From Octopus vulgaris (Eukaryota), in contig OX597823.1 in the NCBI GenBank assembly GCA_951406725.2, forward strand, positions 95,728,001 to 95,792,000: DNA of 64,000 nt, written 5' to 3'. The notes under the pieces were generated by a model. That model did no database searches. It was not told the DNA's origin and was given only the letters and a program-made list of their open reading frames with translations. Position numbers and translations under genes: made by a program. Below, piece after piece: positions 38,169-51,375 of the stretch (position 1 is the first letter of the stretch; the number at the start of each line of letters is the position of its first letter).

Positions 38169-38734
38169 AAATATGCATATATTTTGGTAGATTTGAATAC
38201 ATCAACTTGTACAAGATTTGTGGAAATAGGTAAAACACTTATTGTAGAAAATACCAATGTAGAATAATGAATAACTGACATCTTGCTGTGTAATATTTGA
38301 GGAATGAGAAACATAATTGCCTTATTCTCTTGTTATTTTCACATCTTTAATTACCTCCTCATACTTTTATTAACAACTTTCAGCATGAACATGATTCTAC
38401 TATATCCCCAACTGTTCATACATACAAACCAAAATGTTGTAATTACCACAGACTCTAGTAACACATCCACCATCATTACTGACGGCTTGGGTCCTCTAAT
38501 AACAATAATAGTAGTGGTTTCAAATTTTGGCACAAGGCCACTAATTTTGAGGAACAGGGTTGGTCAATTATATTGACCCCAGTGATCAAGTGGTAATTAT
38601 TTCATTGACACCCACCCCACCAGAGCATCAAAAGCTGAGTTAGTCTTGGTAGAATTTGGACTCAGGAGGTAAAGCCAGATGAAACGCTGCAAAACATTTT
38701 GTCAAGCTTGCCACCTTAATAGATGCAGTATGAG

Positions 38735-39300
38735 GCATGCCCTGATGCAGTACCAGGCAGTGGCTCTCATGGCTTCTGATCTTAACTGATTGGAAGTGTT
38801 ATCATGTACATTGTTTTGTCTTGGTATAAAAGATGGGCTACAGCAAATATTCTGCTCAATACCACAGATTTGCTTGTCAGTTGTTTGGCCTTAACCAGTT
38901 GAGCATGTCCCTTAGTGGCTGACAATATGTGCATCTCTGATCACAAGCAGAAGTAGTGGGGGAGCAAAATAGCTATGTGTTGAGAGGGATTCTTTGGGGT
39001 TTGAATAATTCACCTCTGGAAACATGAGTGTTTCGTTCAACATCCTTAAACAACCCTTATTCAGGGACCTTTTGAGTGGGATGGGTTACTTGACCAGAAA
39101 AAAATTCTAACTGAGCCCCACCCGCAAAGTCATGTGCTGTTTATCTTGATATGAGATCTCCATGTCGTGCACATATGGTTGTGATGCATGTGCCTGGTGT
39201 ACCCTTATCAGATAGGTAGTCATGATGGGTATACTGGGCTTCGTATGTTTCACCCCGGTGTCACTTTGATGGCATGCACTGCTCTCTCACTCAATAATAA
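38735..39300 (+). mobile_element. Interspersed SINE-like repeat ending in (AAT)n
   Basis: 3' half repeated at 31010-31180 (GATATGAGATC...GTGTCACTTTGATGGCATG..CTCTCTCA). Confidence 0.65.
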
Positions 39301-39600
39301 TATGAAATAGCCCAGCTATGGAAAATGAAGACGGTGAAGACAGTACCGGTTATTGTTGGGCCTTTAGGAACAGTATTAGAAGGCATCAAGGGGAATATAA
39401 AGGAAATTGGAAAAGAGTGCCCAGTAGAATTGTTACAAAAGGTTTGCCTCCTTGGACTGGCCAGAATAATCAGGAAAGTATTAGATAGCTGAAAAGAATG
39501 GATAGCATGGTACCCTAGGCTGCAGGCAGCAAACCTGCTATGCATGCAAGACTCCAAGAGTTCCAACAAAACCTCTGATAAAACAGAAATAATACTAATA
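39301..39600 (+). mobile_element. 3' fragment of an RLE-type (Dong/R4-like) LINE
   Basis: YEIAQLWKMKTVKTVPVIVGPLGTV...LLQKVCLLGLARIIRKVLDS* (39301-39492), flanked by AATAAT on both sides. Confidence 0.8.
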
Positions 39601-39815
39601 TCAAATTTTGACACAAGGCCAGCAATTTGGAGGGGGGAGTGTGTAAGTCTCTTACACTGACCCCAGTACGCAACTGGTACTTACTTTATTGACCCCTAAA
39701 GGATGAAACACAAAGTCGACCTTGATGGAAACTGAACTCAGAATGTAATGACAGATGAAATACCGCTAAGCATTTTGCCTGGCATGCTAACAGCTCTGCC
39801 AGTCTGCTGCTGCCT

Positions 39816-39856
<41 letters not shown>

Positions 39857-40583
39857 TTGGACCAGGGAAATGATTTTTAAAGTGGGAGGTAAATTCATAA
39901 GGAAGAGAGAGAGAGATGGAGAAAGGGAGGGAGGGGAGAGAGAGTGGAAGGAGGAAGGGGAAGAGAAAGAGAGAAATGTAAAGAACTTCCATTAGAATAG
40001 GAAACACAAAAGTGAAACCCAAAAAACTAAAGAAGTACTCAATACCTGTTTAAATAGGTATTATTTACTGCTTTAAAAAGGAAATGAAAACATGCAATGA
40101 AAAAAAGAATACAGAAAAATAATATTAATTCTTTGTATTTATTCTTTATTATTTGTTGGTTTTTCATATTTCTTTTAGATCATCATCATCATCATTATTA
40201 AGGCAGTGAGCTGGCAGAATTTTGGGGTCAATAAAGTAAGTACCGGTTACATACTGAGGTTGATATAATCAACTAGCAGCCTCCTCAGATTTTCAGGCCT
40301 GTTGTTGTAAGGCAGCAAGCTGGCAGAATTGTTAGCATTCTGGACGAAATGCTTAGCAGTATTTCATCTGCCTTAATGATCTGAGTTCAAATTCCACTGA
40401 GGTCAACTTTACCTTTCATCCTTTTTGGGTCTAGAAATTAAGTACCAGTGAAACACTGGGGTTGATGAAATCGACTAGTCCCCTTCCCCAACATTTCAGG
40501 CCTTGTGCCTATAGTAGAAAGTATTATTATTGTTGCTGTTGTTATTGTTGTCACCTTTATTTTGTTGTTGTGAAGCATTCTAA

Positions 40584-40861
40584 TCAGGGAAATAGTGTTC
40601 CCAGATACATTACAACCATATTGATCAGACAATCCTTCCCCCAGTTCTTCAGACTGGTCGGTGCTGTGTCATTGGCAAACAGTATATATTGGTAATTCAT
40701 TATTGGTTCCAGGTGGTTTTCATTCTCAAATTGAACCATTTTAAACACTCGTGCTTCATCCGATCTGGAGTGCAGTTCCATGACGGCAGGATAATATATC
40801 TGCTCATACAGCAAAAATTGTATTCGATAGACCCCTGAGGTCTGCTTAGGGACTTTGTAGC
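40584..40861 (-). CDS. PEBP-family gene, terminal coding exon (GYKVPKQTSGVYRIQFLLYEQ...LINMVVMYLGTLFP*)
   Basis: Pyrimidine-rich ctccag acceptor, phase 1; GVYRIQFLLYEQ corresponds to the PEBP G.HRY.FL.Y.Q strand. Confidence 0.85.
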
Positions 40862-41173
40862 CTGGAGGTGGGGTGGGGAGAGAGAAAAAGACAAAAGCGT
40901 AACACAGAATGAGTGATGCAGAATGAACTATTTGTGAATATAATAAAATTGGAAGGAGGGGAGGAGGAGGAGAAGAAGAAGAAGGGGGAACAGCAGCAAC
41001 AGCAGTGGTAGCAGAAGAGAAGATAGAGGCAGAGCAGAAAAGAGGAGAAGAAGAAGAAGAAGAAGAAGAAGAAGAAGAAGATGGAAAAAAAGAAGAATAA
41101 GAAGAGGACAATGACAAACAACCAAGTAATTATGTTAATTGAAATGAGAGGCAAAATTGAAACGAGTGTTTAC

Positions 41174-41219
41174 CTACATCATCTGATTTTTCTGTTGTTA
41201 TACCTTGAAACTTCTTGGA
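41174..41219 (-). CDS. PEBP-family gene, 46-nt exon (SKKFQGITTEKSDDV-G)
   Basis: tcttttcag acceptor, gtaaac donor, phase 0 to 1, bridges the flanking exons exactly. Confidence 0.75.
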
Positions 41220-41962
41220 CTGAAAAGATTAGAATCAACAAATTGTTAGATTTGAGAAGATTCATAAGAAATCCTACAAACACAATATTTCACCATTCTT
41301 ACACACCTAAAAGCAATGGAAGACACCTTTTCAGCAAAAAGAAAACTTTAAAATTTTATGAATTTTTCCACCCCCCACCCCGTTCTTCTCCTACTCAGTA
41401 CCAACTTGGGCCAATTTTTTTTTTTTTCACTTTGCACTACACACTTAAAAACGATGGGAGAAGCCTTGATGATTAAAAAAAATAAGAAAATTTTGGAAAT
41501 TGGCAATCACCATTATAATCCGCATTTCTTTTACTTTCAAACACAAAATTAAATGTAATTTTAAAATAGTGAAATTTTTACCATAACAAAAGTAAAAAAT
41601 GAAAAACAGACAAATAGGGTGAGATCTTTTCTGTTACTATCACAAATTTTGAAGTTTTAAAATTAAATGAAAATCTTCAAATTTGGTTTATTGGTGTACT
41701 TTATCATGCTGAATCTAAGTTTGTCATTCATTTACTCCAGAAAATATTTAGAAAAATTTTACAGGGGTTTCAAGTTAATTTTTACCCAATCAGAAAACAA
41801 GATTGAGAAGCTAAGCATTTTGTGAGGGATAAGCTGTATATCATGAAATGTAAGTAGACGTTAGTTGACAAGGTTTTAAGAAAAGAATGGAAGTTCTGCA
41901 TGAAAGTTAATACATATATAGAGAAGGAGTGAGTGTCAAAGGGTATGGTAAATATATATAAA

Positions 41963-42562
41963 CTAGCAGCTAAGCCCGGTTTCACCCGGTCAGTTTGGAT
42001 GATGTGGCTGTAAAACCTGCTCTGTGTAAGCATTTGACTTGTTTGGGCGCACTTACATTAAAAAACAATTTTAGAATGACTTTTTTCTGTCAAAACTCTA
42101 AAAATAACTGACCAACAAAAAAAAACAACCAAGATTCAACCAAATCAAAAATAAACCCAGATACTAAGCGAACCAAGATGAAGCATTCCACTTCCATTGT
42201 GTGTGCGCGCATACACACACACACACACATATTCACATACCCTCCCCCCATTTTACATAAACCCACATATATTCACAGAGTTGAAACGCTGTTTGATTTA
42301 TTTTTTCAGCATACAGTTTTCATCATCCCACTACCAAGCATGACATCACTCCTTCCTTCCTTATTCATCTATCACCCTTTCCTTTCTCATTCATAAACAC
42401 AAAAGTATTATTATAATAGATTATCTCATTAACCATGGGAGCTATGAAAAAAATGCAAAGCCCAGCTTCACCACCAGATCATTCTACACATCAGTGTAAT
42501 TTTTTGCACAATTCCACCCAGCCGTTTGATCATGAATCCCAAGACAAATCTATATGTATAGA
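41963..42562 (-). mobile_element. Non-autonomous Helitron
   Basis: A|CTAG...CCCGGTTTCACCCGG 3' hairpin end; candidate 5' TC ends at 42420 and 42562, each with A|TC context; homologous to 14039-14671. Confidence 0.75.
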
Positions 42563-43012
42563 TAGAGAGAGAAACAGATGGTGATAGATAGAGAGGAGAG
42601 TTGTTGATCTAAAAGATGAGTTATTTCTTATTGCAAGTTATATCTTTTTATTAGAGCCTGGTGCAGCCTCCTGGCTTGCTAGCCCTCAGTCAAACCGTCC
42701 AACCCATGCCAGCATAGAAAGCAGACGTTAAACGATGACGACGATGATGATAATGATGATGGACAACATTGTCTTTGGGACACAGATTTCAAAAATCAAA
42801 TTCGTTTTTCTCAAGGATGCACAGCATGGACTAAACATAAGAAGAGGATGCACATGGATGGAAGACTCACTGAAGAGGTTACAGATGTGTGACAAAAGAT
42901 TTCCAGACAACAGACATAAGAGAACAGTAATAAATGAGTGGAGAATGAATATATAGTGTGTTTATTTGGTAAAAAAAATGTATATATATATGTATGCATA
43001 TATGTACGTATG

Positions 43013-43043
<31 letters not shown>

Positions 43044-43163
43044 TGGTTTGTGTGTGTGCACATATCATTGTTCAGTTTTATTTCAAGATTTCTTGCCAAT
43101 AGAGAAAGAGCCAGTTTCTAACCTAGATCTAAGGCTCCTTCATTGGAATTTCAAAATCAACAT

Positions 43164-43166
<3 letters not shown>

Positions 43167-43225
<59 letters not shown>

Positions 43226-43257
43226 TTGTATGTATGTATGTATGTATGTATGTATGT
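43167..43257. repeat. (TG)n/(TATG)n compound microsatellite
   Basis: Directly visible. Confidence 0.95.
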
Positions 43258-43733
43258 AGGATACGCGAACCATATGAAGTCACATGAAAATTGTAATGCC
43301 CAGAGAGGTAATGATCTTCGACACCAACTGCCTCTTACGACTTGTCATATGTCAAAAAACTTGTAAGACAATATCTGGACTTAAAAGACACATGCTAGTT
43401 CCCAAAAACACTCCTTCAGAATCAGATTCCAAAGGGCAAAGATGTATAAAAGATTTGAAGAATATCCGTCACTTGTCTTTTTAAACTCTGTCAGTCTGCA
43501 GCTGACCTTAAAAGTCATCTGACCTTAAAAGTCATCTAAGGGCTTGTCAATGGAGTGATTGTACTGTGTGATGGGGTGTTGCGTGTGTGTTGATGGGAGG
43601 GCTATCATCTCCCAAGATGAAGCAATCATCATGTATGATTGCTTGTATGTATTGTGCGTGTGTGCATGAATCAGTGCATATTTCTGTTAACTCAAGCATG
43701 AGTTACTGTGCATGAAACATGCTTTATACTTAC

Positions 43734-43841
43734 TGAGATTCCTGTCTTCATCCAATGTAACCAGACCCACTTAGAATCTGGAATTCTATCTGGACTGATC
43801 ATAATCAAGATATATTTTTTTTCTTCATGTTTTGGAACTCT
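43734..43841 (-). CDS. PEBP-family gene exon (RVPKHEEKKYILIMISPDRIPDSKWVWLHWMKTGIS)
   Basis: ttttccttcag acceptor, gtaagt donor, 108 nt, phase 0 to 0; matches PEBP Y.L.M.DPD.P.....W.HW. Confidence 0.88.
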
Positions 43842-43884
43842 CTGAAGGAAAACAATCAAAAGAAAAGCATGAATTATATATATA

Positions 43885-46800
43885 TGACTTCAATGGACAT
43901 GTTGGACGGCACGTCGGGGGCTTCCATGGCGTACATGGAGGCTACGGTTTTGGTTCTCGCAATGAGGAGGGAACCAGGCTGCTGGAGTTCTGTGATGTAA
44001 ATGACCTTATGGTTTGCAATACCAACTTCAGGAAACCCACCTCTCACCTAGTCACCTACCATTCTGGCAGACACACTAGCCAGATTGGCTACATCCTCGC
44101 CAGAAAGAGGGAAAGAGGGCTGCTTATAAATGCCAAAACCTCCCCAGGCGAAGAATGCACTCCTCAACATAGATTAGTAGTTAGCAACTTCAGGATCAGG
44201 GCTAAATGGTTGCCCAGAAGAAGACCTGCTTGGAGGAGAAGGGTCTGGAAGCTTAAAGATCCTGCAAATGGACAGAGATTTAGAGACGTACTACTCAAAG
44301 TCTTCGATGAAATAGAAGGGGATATAGCTTCACATAACATGGAAGAAAACTGGAAGTTTCTACGGGACAATCTACTGACAGCTACTGACCAGATCTGTGG
44401 ATGGAGCAAAGTCCCATCTCGACCCAGGGTAACGTGGTGGTGGAGCAATGTTGTTGACAGGGCTATTAGACAAAAGAAACAGGCTTGGAAGGACTGGAAG
44501 AACGGTGGTAGCAGGGAAGTGTATCAGACTACCAGAAGGGAAGCTAGGAGACAGGTTTATTTAGCCAGAGGGGAAGCAGATAAGAAAAAATTTGCCAATG
44601 TTCTGCGCCGTGAGGACCAAACACTTGAGGTATTTTGTGTTGCAAGACAGTGTGTGAGAGAGAATCGTGATGTGGTAGGAGAAAAATGTGTTCGCATGGA
44701 TGATGGTTCACCTGCGCTAAATGAGGATGCAAAGAGAGAGGTTTAGCGATGCCACTATGAAAGGTTGCTGAATGAGGAAAATGAATGGGATAAAGAGAGT
44801 CTGACGAATGTCGACCCAACAGAGGGACCAGCTATCTGAGTTGACAGTTAAGGCAATTAGAAGCATGAAGACAGGGAAAGCCCCAGGGCCATCAGGAATT
44901 ACTGTAGTACTGTAGTGATGCTCAAAATATCGGGCAGTGTCGGCTATAGCCAAGTCACCCATATAGTTAACCAGGTGATACACGAAGGAGTCATACCCAA
45001 TGACTGGTGTAGCAGCATAATAGTCAACTGCTACAAAGGTAAAGGTGACGCTTTAGATACACATAATTACAGAGGTATCAAGCTGTTGGATCAGGTAATG
45101 AAGGTTATGGAGAGGGTCATAGCCCAACTGATTAGGGAGAGAGTCAGCTTGGATGAGATGCAGTTTGGCTTCGTGCCAGGGAAAAGCACCACTGATGCTA
45201 TATTTCTGGTAAGACAGCTGTAGGAGAAATACCCAGCCAAAGATAAGCCTCTGTACCTGGCTTTTATTGACATGGAGAAAGCCTTTGACAGGGTCCCCCG
45301 ATCCCTTATCTGGTGGTCAATGAGGAAACTAGGGATGGATGAATGATTAGTGAGAGCTGTACGAGCCATGTACAGGGACGCTATTAGTAAGGTGGGGGTT
45401 GGCAATGAGTACAGTGAAGAATTCCAAGTAGAGGTTGGGGTCCACCAAGGTTCAGTCCTCAGCCTCCTCCTATTTATCATAGTCCTCCAAGCAATAACGG
45501 AGGAATTCAAGACAGGTTGCCCCTGGGAGCTCCTCTATGCTGATGACCTAGCCCTAATTGCTGAGTCACTATCAGAACTGGAGGAGAGGTTTCAGGTGTG
45601 GAAGCAAGGATTAGAATCGAAGGGCCTTAGAGTCAACCTAGCTAAAACCAAAGTCGTAATAAGTAGGAAGGTAGACAAATCACAAACACCTTCAGGTAGA
45701 TGGCCCTGCTCGATCTGTAGAAAAGGCGTAGGTAGAAACTCTATAAGATGCACCAAGTGTAAGCTATGGACACATAAGATGTGCAGCAATGTCAAAGGAA
45801 GGCTAACTAGGAAGATAGTTTTTGTGTGTGGCAGATGGTCAGGAGCAATAAACACTGAAAATACGCAGAGACCATCTTCCGCCACATTCCAGGGAGAAAA
45901 ACTAGAAATAGTTGATAGCTTCCGTTACCTAGGTGACCAAGTCAGTAGCGGGGGCGGGTGTGCTGAAAGCGTAACTGCTAGAGTAAGAATAGCCTGGGCA
46001 AAGTTCAGAGAGCTCTTACCTCTGCTGGTGACAAAAGGCCTCTCGCTCAGAGTAAAAGGCAGATTGTATGACGCATGTGTACGAACAGCCATGCTACATG
46101 GTAGTGAAACATGGGCCGTGACTGCTGAGGATATGCGTAAGCTTGCAAGAAATGAAACCAGTATCCTCCGATGCATGTGTAATGTCAGTGTTCATACTCG
46201 ACAGAGTGTAAGTACTTTGAGAGAAAAGTTGGACCTAAGAAGCATCAGTTGTGGTGTGCAAGAGAGACGTTTGTGCTGGTATGGTCATGTGGTGAGAATG
46301 GATGAAGATAGTTGTGTGAAAAAGTGCCACACCCTAGCGGTTGAGAGAACCTGTGAAAGAGGTAGACCCAGGAAAACCTGGAACGAGGTGGTGAAGCACG
46401 ACCTTCAAACTTTAGGTTTCACCGAGGAAATTACTAGAGACAAAGACCATTGGAAGTATGCTGTGCGTGAGAAGACCCGGCAGGACAGGTGAGGCTATAA
46501 TCCCATGGCCTCTACCTGGGATGTAGCCAGCCCACTTATGCATTCCTTTCCTTCTTGGGACACAAAACTCCACTTGTGAAGACCTGTTGAGGCAAGTGAA
46601 AATCAAAATCAAAATCAAAATCGTAATCTATCAACATCAGTGGAATTTGTAGCTGTGATACCAGTGCCAGTGGCACGTAAGAGAACCATCTGAACATGGC
46701 CGTAGCCAGCACCACCCTGACTGGCTTCCGTGCCGGTGGCACGTAAAAAGCACCATCCGACCGTGGCCGTTGCCAGATCTGTGCCGGTGGCACGTTAAAA

Positions 46801-47033
46801 GCACCATCCGATCGTGGCTGTTTGCCAGCCTCGTCTGGCACCTGTGCCGGTGGCACGTAAAAAGCACCCACTACACTCACGGAGTGGTTGGCGTTAGGAA
46901 GGGCATTCGGCTGTAGAAACACTGCCAGATCAGACTTGGCCTGGTGCAGCCTTCTGGCTTCCCAGACCCCAGTTGAACCGTCCAACCCATGCTAGCATGG
47001 AAAGCGGACGTTAAACGATGATGATGATGATGA
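43885..47033 (+). mobile_element. RTE-clade LINE, 5'-truncated within the APE domain, with premature stops (partial APE, RT, PHD-like finger, 3' UTR, (GAT)n)
   Basis: DFNGHVG, CNTNF, PQHRLV (APE); YRGIKLL, QFGFVPGKSTTDAIF, AFIDMEKAFDRVP, GVHQGSVLS, LYADDL (RT); stops at 44744, 45221 and about 45344; lies in a PEBP intron, antisense. Confidence 0.95.
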
Positions 47034-47662
47034 TATATATACACACACACACACACAAATAATGAAACCTTCCTAGATTCTTAACCAAGAGTTGAAACCT
47101 AACCTTCATTTTTCTACCAGTTGGTTTTCTATTCTCCATAATTGCACTCAGAAATTTATGAGAGCCAGCTACCACACTTTGTTACAGTTCCATTGTTTGA
47201 GTTAACATTCTGCAATTAAATATGGTTGAGGCAGGCAATAGACAGAAAATTCTTTATCTAGTCTGACTTAACAGGAAATATAAATATGGAACACAAATTT
47301 GGTTCTTCCTTCTTTTATTTGGTACCAATGGAGGAAGCACCTCATACAAGGGCCTACATAACGTTCACACTCTCTGCTTGCGTAAATTCTTTTTCCCTGT
47401 CTCTCTCTCTCTCACTTCAGCTTATTCTTCTAGCAATCAATAACAGTTGACAAGATGGAGAATAGAACCAAATTCTTGTACAATTCAAAGAAGCTCTATC
47501 TTACATTGTAACAATGAAAATAAAATCCATTTAAACAGTGTTTTTCTGTTTGTAATTTCTTCGCTACATATTATTGTTATATATACATATATATATGCAT
47601 ATGTATATGCCTATATATATATGTGTGTGTGTGTGTGTTCGTTTTTATGGATTTATTATATT

Positions 47663-47718
<56 letters not shown>

Positions 47719-48459
47719 TTGACTTAAACAGGATTCGAATAATCCTATCAGGTGGTGCTATTAAGTTAGACATGGCCTGGACCAATCTCTGGTCGAAACA
47801 TATCTAAGTTTTATCTAAGTTTTATATATACATATATATATATATATTCATTTATTTATTTTCTCACTGATTCTTCTCATTTCAAAAAACACTCTGGCCT
47901 TTTGACCACTCCCCTAAGAACAATAGCTTGTGCCCTGTTCATCTCCTAAATACCAACCTACCCAAAAAAACGTCCCCCATGCCACCACCACTCCATTAAA
48001 TCTGCCTAAATGCATAAATACCAGAACTTATTTTGACAGCCAGCTTCCTGAAGATTTCATCTGAATGTAACAGTTCTAGTCCTGTAGAAGCTCCTTCTAT
48101 AAAATAAATTACTTTACTCTGCTATGTATTGAGTACCTTATTTACTGTGGTTAACCCCGACTCAAACCGGGACCTAATATATATATGGTTCGATCCCAGC
48201 ACCACCTGACTGGCCTTCGTGCTGGTAGCACGTAAAAAGTACCCACTACACTTTTGGAGTGGTTGGCATTAGGAAGGGTATCCAGCTGTAGAAACTTTGC
48301 CAGATCAGACTGGAGCCTGGGGCAGTCTTCTGGCTTGCCAACCCTCAGACAAAGTGTCCAACCCATTCCAGCATGGAAAGCAAACGTTAAACAACGACGA
48401 CGATGATGATGATATATATTAGATAAACATGTATGTATGTATGTATGTATGTATGTATG

Positions 48460-48497
<38 letters not shown>

Positions 48498-49249
48498 CAT
48501 GCATGTATCTATGCATGTATGTATGTATATATGCATGCATGCATATAGATGTGTATGCACATACACATATTCCGAACTCCTCCCCCGCCATATATATAGG
48601 TGTGTATACATATATATATTGCATATCGTATATATATGTATATGTGCGTGTGAAGACTTACTTCTATAATGATCGCCAGTCACATATCTCTCACTGCCCT
48701 GCCAGAGTATAATTGTCTCTCCCTTGTCTTCTCGTTTGTCGTTGTTTACCGATCACAACTTGTGTTAATTTTTGCCTCAAAATATTCGAATTGAACCTTG
48801 GTGCTTCTCTCTTCTACTGAGCAACTACAAAAAGTGGAAAATTTTGTCTGTTCCTATGACGTTTAACTGAATCTATCTCACGTTCTTTCAGACTTTTGTA
48901 CTCCATTCTTACCATCACCCTTTTGTACGGGAACACAGCCACACACACATGAAAAAGAAAACCTTTTTACGACGAGTCAAACAGATTTTAAACATGTTTT
49001 CTTTGAACGAACAATTTCTTCTGCTATGACAATTCTTATTTATCTTTTATGACAGTTTTGTTTTTTATTTATCTTTGAAATTCTATCCATTTTGCGGATG
49101 AAAGAATGAAAGTCAAAATCGACCTCGACTTTGCCTTTCATCCTTTCAGGGTCGACCACTGGGTTCTTCCACCTTATTGACTTCTCCCTCCCTTCAAAAT
49201 TGCTGGCCCTGTGCCAAAAATTTAGACAGAATTATCATTGGCGACCTAC

Positions 49250-49385
49250 CTCCACTTTCACTGTAGGTGGTTTCATTGCATCCTTTTTTGAAACATAGGT
49301 ACCACAGATTGAGTATATCTTCTGAGGAAGAAGAGTAAGCTGCTTCCCAGTACAAAATCCATCCTTCTTCGAATAATATGCGAAA
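49250..49385 (-). CDS. PEBP-family gene, N-terminal exon (FAYYSKKDGFCTGKQLTLLPQKIYSICGTYVSKKDAMKPPTVKVE)
   Basis: ttttatag acceptor, gtaggt donor, phase 2 to 0; CG..V....A...P.V fits the PEBP N-terminal segment. Confidence 0.8.
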
Positions 49386-50450
49386 CTATAAAAGACCATG
49401 GAGGAATACAACACGAAAAGCTCACTGAAAATATTACGGAAGGACATAATGATTACTTTTCATCTTTCACAATGACTTGCATCGATTTATTGTTTCAATA
49501 TTCTCGAAAAAGCTTCAAGCAATGTAACCACTGTTATTATTGCCTAAATTATGCTGAACGTTATGGCGAAAATTTCCTTCTTTATTTTAAAAATAAAGTT
49601 CATATTCCTTAGAGTAATGCCTTCCGTTTTGTAAATGTTTTGTGTGAGGTTTGGTTGTGTTTCAAGATGGACGAACTGATTAGCGTTTGCGTTTGAGCAT
49701 AACGTATTGTTTTTAAACTGTTGATATCTATCGAGGGAATGCGTTGTGTTAAGTACTTTGATTTTAATTCTAGCTCAGCATCAGATCAAACCTCGCCTAA
49801 TTAATAGCACCCCTGGGGTTGAAGTCTTTAAAGTCATATTTAAGCTTCACAGCTCACTTTATCATTGACGTGGATGCTCCATCTGATGTCGTCGTTGAAA
49901 ATTCTTATTTTCTGGTATTGCTAGATACCAAGAGAAATCCTTCTGTCGAAAGGCAGAATATGGCTATTTATGCACTTTTTCTTTTCCAATCTTGATCCTT
50001 ACATTTTCCCCGTATATAATGTAGATAGGGTCCAAGCTGTGTTCCCCAATTCCAAATCCCTATGTATGTTATGTTTATGTGAGGTTTGCATAAGAGTTGA
50101 AAAATACTGGGGAATAATTTTTGCAGAGTACTTATATATCAAAAAGCAGGAGACGGGGGGAAATCTTTAGTGTTTTTTATTCCTCATTCCACGTATTTCA
50201 TCCAACACCTCAGTTATCCACACAGGAGAAACATGTAAGACATGTCCTCTTAGAAATTCTTTAGGCAGAATTAAATAATATTATTAGTATTATTTGATTC
50301 CCTGCATGAAGAATTCTTAATAGAAGATATCTTACATGTTTCCACGTATGTACGTACGTATGTGAAAAGGTTGTATATCTGAATATGTTATTTGATATTT
50401 CCTCCATCACGTCTTCTGTAACTAATAATAATTTTTTGATGTATTCTTCT

Positions 50451-50557
50451 TGCACTGAAGAGAACAGTGATATATAATTAATTTAATTTAATAAATTTTT
50501 AATTATTCTATCATGTTATTTACATGTTAATATCGGTATTCGAAATTATCGCATGCA
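50451..50557 (+). ncRNA. Hammerhead motif family C, degenerate copy within a PLE-like repeat
   Basis: UGCA-CUGAAGA-GAACAGUGAU...AUCGGUAUUC-GAAA-UUAUCGCA-UGCA; cleavage triplet mutated. Confidence 0.5.
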
Positions 50558-50951
50558 TGTATTAAAATTCTTTTCAAATTTTAACATCTCTTCTCCATCT
50601 TTAACAATTTGGTGAGTTTCTATGGGACACCTTTCCATAAATTCCCATAACACACCACTGCATACATATATATTCTTTTATTTGTTTTATTTATGCCCCC
50701 CCCCCCAATTTATTCTTTGTAAGCTTAGTACTTATTATATCGGTCTCTTTGCTGAACCGCTAAGTTACAGGGACGTAAACACGCAAGCATCGGTTGTCAA
50801 GCGATGTTGGGGGGGGGGGGACAAACATATACACACACATGCATATACATACATACACACACATACATACATATATATATATTAGAAGAAATGAGGTACT
50901 CAGAAATCTGGATGGTTTTATATTTACAGGTATTTATTAGTATGTTACATA

Positions 50952-51375
50952 TGTAACGAAGGATCTGTTATCGCTCCACTGAAAGGGTGTCGATATCGGA
51001 TCTAGTCACATATAAATTTTATAAAGCAATGCAGACGAAGTCAGGTTGAAGGTAGAAGACAGTAGTTCTGGTTTATTGATTGCGATGCCGTACGTGTGTC
51101 TGGTGGGAGAAAGACAGCCTCTGATATACAGCTTCGTGTTAGTTTGTTGAAGTTGGTTGATGGTCGTTGGCGCTATGTCGTAGCACGAGTGGTTGTCAGA
51201 GCCTGTGAATGCACGTCCGATCGCAATGCTGTCTAGCCGAAGGGAGCGATTTGAGCTTGGCGGGCTTGAGGGAACGTTTTCCCGCACATGCGCATGGGGA
51301 AGACTTCCGGTGGCCACCCCGAAGTAGTCCCATTCTGCGCATGCGCGCTGAACCCTACACAATAGCATCACTACA
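50952..51375 (-). mobile_element. Solo LTR (424 bp), CpG-rich
   Basis: TGTAA...CTACA termini with 4-bp TSD CATA on both sides; minus-strand AATAAA at about 51072. Confidence 0.8.

Noticed and set aside
43832-46492. Intact active LINE or host gene
   Set aside because: Several in-frame stops, a frameshift and 5' truncation; the ORF start at 43832 is flanking sequence overlapping a PEBP exon on the other strand
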